A DNA stretch of 64,000 nucleotides from Pedosphaera sp. (GTDB taxonomy: Bacteria; Verrucomicrobiota; Verrucomicrobiia; Limisphaerales; UBA9464), in NCBI GenBank assembly GCA_009695205.1, contig SIBK01000009.1, positions 4,964 through 68,963 on the forward strand, in the 5' to 3' direction. The position numbers were made by a program, and so were the translations under genes. The notes beneath the pieces were generated by a model. The model worked only from the letters and a program-made list of their open reading frames with translations. It searched no databases and was not told the origin of the DNA. This document shows positions 26,250-35,830 of the stretch, piece by piece (within the stretch, counting starts at the first letter, position 1; every line of letters starts with the position of its first letter).

Positions 26250-28381
26250 ATGAACGACCACTCCAATCCCGAAGCGATTCCCCAGGAGGGAGAAACCCAT
26301 ACACTCCGCGTTCACGGCGGACGAACATCCAATTCCCCGCTGCCACCCTCTTCGCACGCTGAAGGTTTGCCGCGATGGCTGGAGAATGGCTGGCTCTACC
26401 TTGACCGGCTGATCCAGAACTTGATTCCACCCGAGCTCAATCCCCTCAGTCAGCTCGGCGCGATGGCCAACACCTCCCTGATCATCGCCGTCCTCTCCAG
26501 CATCGCCCTGCTTATTTGGTACACGCCAAGCGTTCATCACGCCTACGAATCTTTGGAAACGATCCGACAGTCCTCGTGGCTGGGCAGCTCGACCGTTCGA
26601 TCCACCGCTATAGTTCCGATGGCTGCCTCTTCTTTGTCCTGCTGCACTCGCTGCGCATCGTCTGTCAGCGCCGATTCATCGGCCCCCGGTGGCTGGCCTG
26701 GACCACCGGTCTGCTGCTCCTCTCCCTGCTCTGGTTTATCGGGTGGACCGGCTACTGGCTAGTCTGGGACGTGCGGGGCCAACACGCCGCGCTCGGCACC
26801 GTGCGTTTTATCGATCGCCTGCCGATCTTTGCCGAACCGCTCTCCCGCTCCTTTCTCACGGACCAGAGTGTGCCCTCGCTGCTATTTTTCCTGATCTTTT
26901 TCGTTCATATGCTCGCGCCGCTTTCCATAGGCGTTGGCATCTGGATGCACCTGATGCGCGTGAACCGCGCGAAGTTTCTTGCCGGTCGCGTGATGGCGCT
27001 CTGGATAATGGGCTCCCTCGTGGTGCTCTCCCTGGTGCGCCCGGCATTCAGCGCCAGTCCTGCGCTCATGAACGTCAAGGCGCTGGAGTTCAACATCGAC
27101 GGGTGGTATCTCTGGCCGTTCGTTCTCACAAACCGGCTGAGCGGCGGATTACTCTGGTCGGTCTTCCTCGTAACAGGGATCGCGGCGCTCAGCGTGCCCT
27201 AGTGGATTGCGAAACGTCGGATCGAGCCGCAATGGAAGGGGCAGGTGGATTTACCACGCTGCATGGGTTGCACTCTCTGAGCACAGGATTGTCCGTTCAA
27301 CGCCATCACCATGGCGCCGCGCGAAGACGGGAGGAAATTCACCGTTCAATCCGCCGTGAACCCCGACCTGTGCGTGAGCTGCGGCATCTGCACCGGTTCG
27401 TGTGATTCACAGGCGATTAACATGCCCGGACTGAATAGCCGTGAGGTGGAGAAACGGCTGCACGTCTGGATCGATTCGCAAAAGTCCCGCAGTTTGAAAC
27501 CATTCGTGGCTTTTTGCTGTGCCGAGTCATCGAGTGCCGTGCTCCGCGCCGACGCCGACGGCAGCTCAGCCGAGTTGCCGGGCTACGTCGTACAAACGAT
27601 TCCATGCGTTGGCTGGGTCAGCGCCGTGATTCTCGAACGAACGTTGCAGCGCGGCGCCGGCGGAGTGCTCGTCGTCGGCTGCGGTGAAGGGGACCCGGTG
27701 GCGCACGAGGGGATGAAATGGTTTGAACAACGCATGAGGGGCCGGCGGGAGCCGAGGTTCGATCCCGCCAAGGCCGATCCATCGCGCGTGCGGTTTGCGC
27801 AATTTGATCGCACGCGCCGCGCTGAGCTGTTGAAGGTAGCTCGAGAATTCCAGCAGCAATCGACGGCGATGCCCGGCAACATGCCGCGCAGGAGACTCTT
27901 GCAGATCGCCGCCGCCATCGCGCTGTGCATGGGCTTGATCACGGTGATCTTCGCACTCAGCAACCTGCCCTACCGAACCCCTCATTCGTCCCAACCGGAG
28001 TTGGTCGTCTCGTTCAACCACAGCGGCGCCATCTTAAACGCACGCAAACTGACTAAGGAAGAACTGGCCAAGCGCCTGCCCCACATGCGCGCCCAGGTTA
28101 ACGTCACTCGCCAACGCACGCCGGTGCGCCTCCGCGTGCACGTGAACGGCCAGATTGTATTCGACCAATCCTTCCAGCCCAAGGGGCTCTCGAAGGACGG
28201 CCCGAGCATCGCCGTCGTGCGCCTGCCGGTGAGCCTCGGCCCGCACCCAGTGCGGGTCGAGTTGGCCGACACCGCCGACCCCAATGTGTGGACCAAGCAG
28301 TGGAGCGAAACGGTGAGCTTCGAGAGCAATCGAACCCGGGTGGTTTTGTTCGACACAAAGGCGGGGTTCTCGCCGCATTAG
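26250..28381 (+). pseudogene. Fusion protein: di-heme cytochrome b (N-terminal domain) + 2x[4Fe-4S] ferredoxin + MvhD/FlpD-like domain + TM + beta-rich C-terminus; disrupted
   Basis: ORFs 26178-26762, 26516-27202 and 27311-28381. Cytochrome b has two His pairs, each spaced by 14 residues (IHRYSSDGCLFFVLLH and VHMLAPLSIGVGIWMH). Ferredoxin motifs are CMGCTL*AQDCP and CVSCGICTGSCD. The MvhD-like region reads FVAFCCAE...IPCVGWVSAVILERTLQRGAGGVLVVGCGEGD. Lesions: frameshift at ~26583; in-frame TAG 27200-27202; in-frame TGA 27278-27280, at the third Cys position of the first cluster motif. Confidence 0.7.
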
Positions 28382-28693
28382 AGATCTCCATTTTCTTCAT
28401 CCCCGGGGCGGATGGTTTTGGTTTATCCCGATTCGTATTCTCGAGGGGCTTGATCATTGGGCCGTTTTCCCGGCAGGCTTGGCTGAGTGCGCGACCACGC
28501 GGATCCAATACGTTGCTTTCACGATCTTCCGAACCTGGGAAATGCCTCGTCGGCAGTCGGGGGTTTTCCCGAAAGCCGCGCCTCGACACTCTTTGACGAG
28601 ACCCGTGTTCTGCAGTCGGCGAAATCCGATTGATGCAGGACGACCCTCGCGGTTCCGCCGATCGACCTCTCTGACGATTTCAAAAGGTTCCTC

Positions 28694-31330
28694 ATGAAAA
28701 CTCAATCGACGCCATCACACTGGCTGAGTCTTGGCATCTTGTTCGGCTTGCTGCTGACGGTGGCGGCTCTGTCATTTTCGGCTGTTCTGTGGCCCGCGGC
28801 GTCTGTGTTTGCCAACGATGGTCCGTTTGGCAGAACGGCAAGCGCTTGTGTGCGGATTCCGGAAGCGTTTATGCGGATATGGTCGGATCTGAATTGGCTC
28901 GGGAATTTTGGGGGCAATCTTCTGCCGAATTTCACCTTTCTCTTCTTCTGGCTCTTTGGCCCGGTGGGGTTCAGCCGCTATTACGCGCCGGCCACCTTGG
29001 TTTTTCTGGGATTCGCCTTCTGGTTTCTGGGACGGCGCCTGGGCTTCCGCCCCGCTGCGTGTGTGCTCGTTGGGCTCGCTGCTTCCCTCAACTCCGACTA
29101 CTTCAGCTACGCAGCCTGGGGATTGGGCACACTCCCGTTGTGCATCGCAATGGCAGCCCTCGCCATGGGCACGGTGGCGTCCTCCGTTCGGCCCGACTGG
29201 GCTCGATGGCCGTTGGCGGGGGTGTTTGTGGGGCTGGCGATCATGGAGGGTTTTGACAACGGCGCCATCTTTAGCGTGTTCGTCGCCGCCTTCGCCGTGT
29301 GGTGGACCGTCGTCCGGCTGGGGACCTCTGCAAAAGCTTGGAGTCTTGGGTTCGCAGGGACCGCGGTTATCGCCATCGCGGCGGCCCTGACCGCGGCCAA
29401 CATCCTGGTAACGCTTATACAGACTCAGATTACGGGGGTTGTCGGAACCAAACAGGATGCGGAATCGAAGGCGGACCGGTGGAGCTTTGCCACCAGCTGG
29501 AGTTTTCCCAAGAAGGAGGTCGTGCGCTTCCTGATTCCCGGCATCATGGGGTACCGGATGGATACTGCCGATGGGGGTGCCTACTGGGGGGAAGTGGGGC
29601 CTACCGGTACGGCCCAGGGGAGGCACAATGGCAACGGGCAGTATCCCGGAGTGCTGTTGTTGATGGTCGCCGCCTGGGCGGTCGCCCGTGCCGCGGCTTC
29701 GGGCGGTCGGCAGCCGTTTTCTGGGGCGGAGCGAAAAATGATCGCCTTTTTCGCAATCGCGGGGCTTTGGGGTCTCCTGCTTGGATTTGGGCGGTTCGCG
29801 CCATTTTACCAGGTCGTTTTTCATCTCCCCTATTTTTCAACGATCCGGATTCCGGCAAAATTTATCCATGTGACCCAATTCTGCCTGCTCGTGCTCTTTG
29901 GATTCGGACTGGATGGAATGATCCGACTCTATGCGAAGGAGGGTAAGCGGATCGCGGGGGGGCTCTGGAACCAAGTGCAAACGGGGTGGGGGGGAGCCTC
30001 CGACTTTGAGCGACACTGGATGTTTGGAGTGGGACTGTTCGGGGTGCTGGGAGTGGCCGGAGCGATGACATTTACCGGAAGCAAAACGCAACTTGCCGAA
30101 TATTTGGGAACGCTTCCATACCAGGGAGTCCCGTCGACCGCCGGGTTCGCAATTCGGGAAGTCTGGTTATTCGTACTCATTCTCGCCGTCAGCATTGCGG
30201 CTCTGGTACTGGTACAGTCGGGATGGTTTGTGGGTGCGGGCGGCTCTACGCTGTGTGGGTTGCTGGGACTTATTTTGGTGATCGACCTGCTTCGGGCCGT
30301 AAGCCCCTGGGTGGTCACGTATAATCGAGAACGCCGATATCAGACGAATCCCGTGCTGGACGTCTTGCGGCAGAAACCCTGGGAACACCGAGTTTCGGGC
30401 TTTATCGATCCGCACCGCGGCATGCCACTGGCCGGTGGAGCGCCGGACGATCCCTGGATCCCACTTCATTACCTTTGGGTTGAACAGCTATTTCCGTTCT
30501 TCAACATACAGACCCTGGACATCAGCCAGATGCCACGCGAACCGGAGTTGGATGCGGCCTATTTCAAGAATTTCCGCCCGGCCAGCGCCGCACAGCTTTC
30601 GCTCGCCGGCCGCCTTTGGGAATTGACCAACACCCGGTACATTCTGGCGACACGGGGTACGGCCGACCAGCTGAACCAAGCGTTTGACCCTGGCCGTCGC
30701 CGCTTTCGGGAAGTTCTGGCGTTCAGCGCCGCTTCCAAGCCGGGCCGTGCCGAACCGAAGGCATCCATTCCTCTTGAACAGTTTTACGATGACATCACGG
30801 TTGTGGCGGCGACCAACGGCCCCTACGCACTGTTTGAGTTCTCCGGCGCCTTGCCACGAGTGATGATGCATTCCCGTGTCGAAGTACTCGCGGACGATGC
30901 GGCGGTTCTAAGTCGGCTTCGGGATTCAGCATTTGACCCGGCAGCAGCAGTGGTGTTGCCAGGGTCAAGCAGGCTGACGGCTCGAACAAATGGAACCACG
31001 GGAACGGCGGCGATCCGCAGCTACCGCTCCGATCGGTTGGTGATCTCCGCAGAGAGCCCTTCCCCTGGCGTCCTGCTATTGAACGATCGCTGGGATCCCA
31101 ACTGGAATGTCACCGTCGACGGAAAACCCTCCAGGCTGCTGCGGGCAAACCATTTGATGCGCGGTGTGGAAGTGCCTGCCGGAAGCCACGAGGTGATCTT
31201 CGAACTCCACCCGCCCTTAACGTCCCTTTGGATCAGTCTTTCGGCGTTGTTCGCCGCCCTAGCCTTGTTTGGGATCGTTTCTGTCAATGCACACCGAGAC
31301 AGAACTGGACAGTCTGCGAAGCTCGCATAG
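28694..31330 (+). CDS. Large polytopic membrane protein, YfhO-like (putative glycosyltransferase)
   Basis: 878-aa ORF with many TM helices in the first ~520 aa. The C-terminal soluble region ends like YfhO-family proteins (NDRWDPNWNVTVDGKPSRLLRANHLMRGVEVPAGSHEVIFELHPP, then a final TM). The family assignment is by eye. Confidence 0.55.
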   Translation: MKTQSTPSHWLSLGILFGLLLTVAALSFSAVLWPAASVFANDGPFGRTASACVRIPEAFMRIWSDLNWLGNFGGNLLPNFTFLFFWLFGPVGFSRYYAPATLVFLGFAFWFLGRRLGFRPAACVLVGLAASLNSDYFSYAAWGLGTLPLCIAMAALAMGTVASSVRPDWARWPLAGVFVGLAIMEGFDNGAIFSVFVAAFAVWWTVVRLGTSAKAWSLGFAGTAVIAIAAALTAANILVTLIQTQITGVVGTKQDAESKADRWSFATSWSFPKKEVVRFLIPGIMGYRMDTADGGAYWGEVGPTGTAQGRHNGNGQYPGVLLLMVAAWAVARAAASGGRQPFSGAERKMIAFFAIAGLWGLLLGFGRFAPFYQVVFHLPYFSTIRIPAKFIHVTQFCLLVLFGFGLDGMIRLYAKEGKRIAGGLWNQVQTGWGGASDFERHWMFGVGLFGVLGVAGAMTFTGSKTQLAEYLGTLPYQGVPSTAGFAIREVWLFVLILAVSIAALVLVQSGWFVGAGGSTLCGLLGLILVIDLLRAVSPWVVTYNRERRYQTNPVLDVLRQKPWEHRVSGFIDPHRGMPLAGGAPDDPWIPLHYLWVEQLFPFFNIQTLDISQMPREPELDAAYFKNFRPASAAQLSLAGRLWELTNTRYILATRGTADQLNQAFDPGRRRFREVLAFSAASKPGRAEPKASIPLEQFYDDITVVAATNGPYALFEFSGALPRVMMHSRVEVLADDAAVLSRLRDSAFDPAAAVVLPGSSRLTARTNGTTGTAAIRSYRSDRLVISAESPSPGVLLLNDRWDPNWNVTVDGKPSRLLRANHLMRGVEVPAGSHEVIFELHPPLTSLWISLSALFAALALFGIVSVNAHRDRTGQSAKLA

Positions 31331-31552
31331 GAACCTGATGGGGGCGGAGATACGGTTGGATCCGAGCAAAAACTGCGTGTGGTCGCCGCAATAAGTGGTT
31401 GAACTTTCTCAACTGACATCTTGGCGGATGGCCAAACCTTGAGCCATACTGGGGGTGTAGTTAGGCTGCGGCGGCGGGTAATGACGGGTTGACCGAGCGG
31501 TCGACAGGTTCATCGCCGGGTTCGCTGCGTCGGCCGGAATCCTTATTTTTGT

Positions 31553-32524
31553 ATGTCTTCAAGTGTTTCCTCAATGGGGCGGGCGCGTTCCATATTGATC
31601 TCGCTCGTACGGTGGTTCGACTCCGATTTCGGCGCCGCGGACCCGACCGCGCTTCGAAACAAGCCCGATCGCGTCGAATGGCTCCGCACGCTTCCTTTTG
31701 TCGTTCTGCATCTGGGATGCCTCGGAGTGATCTGGACGGGATGGAGTTGGACCGCTGTCGGGTTGGCTGTTTCTTTGTATTTCGCGCGAATGTTTGCCAT
31801 AACCGGTTTTTACCACCGGTACTTTTCCCACCGCACATTTTCAACGTCGAGGGCTGGACAATTCCTTCTCGCGTTCTGGGGAGCTGCCTGTGTGCAGCGC
31901 GGAGCCCTCTGGTGGGCGTACACCCATCGCCATCACCATCAACATTCGGACGAGGAACACGACAAACATTCACCCCGGCAACACGGTTTCCTCTGGGCGC
32001 ACATCGGATGGATTACCAGCGCGAAGAATTTTCCGACCGATTACTCGAAGGTGAAGGATCTCGCCCGGTTCCCGGAGTTGGTCTTTCTGAATCGATTTGA
32101 CTCACTCGTGCCGACACTTCTGGCGATCATGCTCCTTTTGCTGGGCTGGGCGCTCCATGCGTGGCTTCCGGGGTTGGGAGTGACTGCCGGGCAGATGCTT
32201 GTCTGGGGCTTTTTCGTAAGCACCACGCTTCTGTTTCATGGAACATCTTGCATCAATTCGATGGCTCACGTATTCGGGCGGAAACGCTACGAAACCGGCG
32301 ATGACAGCCGGAACAGTTTTCTGCTGTCGTTGATCACCCTCGGTGAGGGTTGGCACAACAATCACCACCACCACATGGGCTGCGTACGCCAGGGTTTCTA
32401 TTGGTGGGAGATCGACATCACCTACTACCTCCTCAAGGTGATGTCCTGGACCGGGCTCATTTGGGACCTGCGACCCGTGCCCATCGCTGCCTACGATCCG
32501 ACGCGGCAGTTACCGCGATCCTGA
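31553..32524 (+). CDS. Acyl-CoA (stearoyl-CoA delta-9-type) fatty acid desaturase
   Basis: 323-aa ORF with the three His boxes: HRYFSH, HRHHHQH and HNNHHHH. TM segments are present between the boxes. Confidence 0.85.
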   Translation: MSSSVSSMGRARSILISLVRWFDSDFGAADPTALRNKPDRVEWLRTLPFVVLHLGCLGVIWTGWSWTAVGLAVSLYFARMFAITGFYHRYFSHRTFSTSRAGQFLLAFWGAACVQRGALWWAYTHRHHHQHSDEEHDKHSPRQHGFLWAHIGWITSAKNFPTDYSKVKDLARFPELVFLNRFDSLVPTLLAIMLLLLGWALHAWLPGLGVTAGQMLVWGFFVSTTLLFHGTSCINSMAHVFGRKRYETGDDSRNSFLLSLITLGEGWHNNHHHHMGCVRQGFYWWEIDITYYLLKVMSWTGLIWDLRPVPIAAYDPTRQLPRS

Positions 32525-32653
32525 CCTGGAACAAAATCTCTGAAACCGGTGGTTGGTTCGGAGGGTCACCTCTTGGAACCGAAAATTGAGAATCGCTGAA
32601 TTGTCGCCCAAGGGGTTTGACGCTCGCCGGCGATTCACGCACTATTTTTAAAA

Positions 32654-34168
32654 ATGAAGTTTCTCCCTGCATTCCTGGTGTCCGTGTCCCTGGCTCTTAT
32701 TCAGGGATTGCACGCCGAGGAAGCGAGGCACCTTTCCCTGGATGAATGCATCCACGACGCATTAGCCCGCAACATGGACATCCGGATCAGCCGGTTTTCG
32801 CCACAATTCGGGCGGCTCGACTTGCGCGCGGCTTCCGCGGATTGGGATCCCCGTCTCAATACGAGCGCCTCGGAGAGTTTCAGCGCCTCAGCGGCTATTG
32901 CCATTCCCGGCCAACCCAATACGCGCGCCAGCGAAACCACAACCGAACACTACAATGTAGGCCTGAGTGGGCTGACGCCGGTCGGACTGACTTACAATCT
33001 GTTCGGTGACCTTTCGCGGACGGTCGGTTTCGAATCGTTTATTATTGACACCAACGGGACGACCATTTCGGCGCCTCCGTCCGTCCGGTACCGGCCATCC
33101 ACCGGCGTGACGCTTGCGCAGCCACTCCTCAAGAATTTCTGGATTGATCCGACGCGCTACACGATTGCGGTCAGCAAGCTGGCTTTGAAGCAGGACGAGC
33201 AGGCAGTCCGTCAGCAGATTATTTTAACGGTTACCCAGGTAACGCTGGCTTATTACAATCTTATTTTCGCCCGGGAAACCATAAAGGTGCAGCAGAAAGC
33301 CCTGGAACTTGCCGAACGTTTGCTGATGGAAAACAAGAAGAAGGTCGAAGTCGGCGCCATGGCTCCTCTCGAAGCAAAGGAGGCGGAGGCGCGTGCCGCT
33401 GTCAGTCGGACCGATCTGCTGTCCGCACAGCAGCTGTCCGAGCAGGCTCAAAACTCGCTGAAAGAATTGATCGATGATGATTTTGCGAAGTTCGAAGCAA
33501 TCCGGATAGAACCGACCGAGACGTTGATGGCCACTCCAGTTCTCTTAAGCCAACAGGATAGCTGGGCTCGGGGTTTGACACTCCGCCCTGACATTCTCCA
33601 ATCGATCTCCAATCTGGAGCAGAAGAAGATCGCAGTTCGTTTCACCCGTAATCAGTTGTTTCCCCAGTTGGACCTGACCGGCAGTTACGGTCTGACGGCA
33701 TTCGACCGTGGGCAATGGCTTGCGTACGACCAGATTGGGGCTCAACAGAACCCGAATTACAGTTATGGCGCCCGGCTCAGCATTCCGTTGAGCAACCGGG
33801 CCGCTCGTACCGCATATCAAAAGTCCAAATTGCAGCGCGAAGAACAGCTCCTGCGGCACAAGAGACTTGAACAACAGGTGATGGTTGAGATTGCGAATGT
33901 CGTGCAGTTCGCGCGGATTGCCTACGAAAAGTTAGACTCGACCAAGCAGGGGCGAATTTTTGCCGAAGACGCTCTGGCTGCGGAGCAGACGAAGTTGGAG
34001 AACGGCAAAAGCACGAACTTCCTCGTACTCGAAGCGCAACGGAAACTGACGGCGGCGCAATCCGCCGAAATCGAGGCGCTGACCGAATACAACAAGTCAT
34101 TGGCCCGACTCTCTCAGGCGGAGGGCTACACGCTCGATCAACATAAGATCCAGGTGGAGTATCGGTAG
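32654..34168 (+). CDS. TolC-family outer membrane efflux protein
   Basis: 504-aa ORF with a signal peptide (MKFLPAFLVSVSLALIQGLHA) and a duplicated OEP-type helical/beta repeat pattern (LSLDECIHDALARNMDI..., LAYYNLIFARE..., NRAART..., LTEYNKSLARL). Confidence 0.85.
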   Translation: MKFLPAFLVSVSLALIQGLHAEEARHLSLDECIHDALARNMDIRISRFSPQFGRLDLRAASADWDPRLNTSASESFSASAAIAIPGQPNTRASETTTEHYNVGLSGLTPVGLTYNLFGDLSRTVGFESFIIDTNGTTISAPPSVRYRPSTGVTLAQPLLKNFWIDPTRYTIAVSKLALKQDEQAVRQQIILTVTQVTLAYYNLIFARETIKVQQKALELAERLLMENKKKVEVGAMAPLEAKEAEARAAVSRTDLLSAQQLSEQAQNSLKELIDDDFAKFEAIRIEPTETLMATPVLLSQQDSWARGLTLRPDILQSISNLEQKKIAVRFTRNQLFPQLDLTGSYGLTAFDRGQWLAYDQIGAQQNPNYSYGARLSIPLSNRAARTAYQKSKLQREEQLLRHKRLEQQVMVEIANVVQFARIAYEKLDSTKQGRIFAEDALAAEQTKLENGKSTNFLVLEAQRKLTAAQSAEIEALTEYNKSLARLSQAEGYTLDQHKIQVEYR

Positions 34169-34347
34169 CCAGTTTTTTGGAATTGATGGAACACGATTCA
34201 ATCGAAAGCTGAGGCCATTTTGAGGGCGGCGATCTAGCCGGTTGGGTTGCGGATCGGGGGGATAGACAGACCCGTCAAACGACCCCGGATTTATGCAATT
34301 GCTTTCATTGGTGGGGGGAAAGCGCTTCGTAACCGTCCTGTTGAGAG

Positions 34348-35550
34348 TCAAAACCGCTCTCCGGGTCGCCCTCGGAATGTAAAATCGGCCCCTTCGCTCC
34401 GCGCCACGGCGAGGGTTGCGACCCCATTGCCGATGAGGTTGGTGATGGACCGCGCCTCCGACATAAAACGATCGACGCCAATCAAGAGTGCCAGTCCCTC
34501 CACGGGCACCAACTTAACGGCCAGCAGCGTCGACGCCAGAGTTACGAAACCACTCCCGGTCACGCCCGCTGCTCCCTTGCTGGTGACCATCAAAATAGTG
34601 ATCAATGCAACAATCTGACCTGGCTCCAGATGAACCCGATACACCTGCACCAGAAACATTACCGCCATGGAGAGATAAAGTGTGGTGCCATCGAGATTGA
34701 ACGAATAACCCGCAGGAACGACCAAGCCAACGACCCGGGGTGGGCACCCGAACCGTTCCAACTTATTCATCAATTGTGGGAGAGCAGCCTCGCTGGAGGA
34801 CGTTCCCAGCACGATCAGGATTTCTTCACGTATCAGCCGAAAGTAATCGAAGATCCGGACGCCACACCAACGAAGGACCAGCCCCAGCACGCCAAAGATG
34901 AAGAGTCCCATGGTCAGATACACCGCCAACATCAGTCGACCTAGGGGCAGCAGGCTGCTGAGGCCGAATTTTCCCACGGTGAACGCCATGCCACCAAACG
35001 CTCCCAAAGGTGCCACTCCCGTGACCCAGCTCAAGCCTCGGAAGACCCAACGGCTGGCATGTTCCAGGGGTTTGACGATTCGCATCCGGTCACGCATCCG
35101 CCCCAGGACAATCCCAAACAGGAGCGACACCCCCAGCACTTGAAGTGTCGGGTTCTTCCAAAAGAATCCGCGCCAAGTGAAATTCTGTGCCCCCGTCGCG
35201 TACGCGCTCACATCCGTCCCCGGCGAGATTTCCCCCGAAATCCCCGCACCCGGGCGCACGAGCTCGGCCACCAAAATTCCGATGAGCAACGCGATCGTAG
35301 TAATCACTTCGAAATACACCAGTGCCTTTAACCCGATGCGCCCGGCCTGCCTAAGATTCCCCGCCCCGGCCACTCCAAGGCTCACCGTGCAGAAAATGAT
35401 CGGAATCACGAACCATTTGATTACGGTGACAAAGATGTCTGCGAGGACCTTGCAATGAACGGCAGCTTTCGGCCAGACCGCGCCCACCAAGACGCCCAGG
35501 CCGATCGCTACAAGGACCTGCACGCTTAGGTTGGAGGCAATTCGTTTCAT
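34348..35550 (-). CDS. Dicarboxylate/amino acid:cation symporter (DAACS family, GltP/DctA-like)
   Basis: ORF 34348-35643. The likely start is the ATG at 35550 (MKRIASNLSVQVLVAIGLG). Typical motifs: GTSSSEAALPQLM, VPAGYSFNLDGT, IGVDRFMSEARSITNLIGN. Confidence 0.85.
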   Translation of the reverse strand: MKRIASNLSVQVLVAIGLGVLVGAVWPKAAVHCKVLADIFVTVIKWFVIPIIFCTVSLGVAGAGNLRQAGRIGLKALVYFEVITTIALLIGILVAELVRPGAGISGEISPGTDVSAYATGAQNFTWRGFFWKNPTLQVLGVSLLFGIVLGRMRDRMRIVKPLEHASRWVFRGLSWVTGVAPLGAFGGMAFTVGKFGLSSLLPLGRLMLAVYLTMGLFIFGVLGLVLRWCGVRIFDYFRLIREEILIVLGTSSSEAALPQLMNKLERFGCPPRVVGLVVPAGYSFNLDGTTLYLSMAVMFLVQVYRVHLEPGQIVALITILMVTSKGAAGVTGSGFVTLASTLLAVKLVPVEGLALLIGVDRFMSEARSITNLIGNGVATLAVARSEGADFTFRGRPGERF

Positions 35551-35830
35551 ATTCACAACGGCGCACGATGCGGCATCCGCAGGCCGAAAATGAGATCGCG
35601 TTCGGGCAAACTGAAATGAACGAAGTGAGAAGTGTAAAAACAAAAGCCCTTACATGAGCACGTCACAAAGTTGTCCCACCTGCGGCTCCCCGCAATTTGT
35701 AAGCGGTACGACCGGCAGGCTTATCCTCGGAAGCTTCGGCGAACGGCCGCGCTCGCCCCACACGATTTTCAGCGACTAAGGATTCGCGCCGACACCCTTC
35801 AGGCTGTAAATTCTGATTCGAACCACTACG

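Noticed and set aside
27278-27280. Selenocysteine at the TGA that replaces the third Cys of the CxxCxxCxxxCP ferredoxin motif
   Set aside because: I could not fold a convincing SECIS-like hairpin in the ~40 nt downstream. The same gene has a TAG 78 nt upstream and a frameshift at ~26583. Sec as an Fe-S cluster ligand would be highly unusual.
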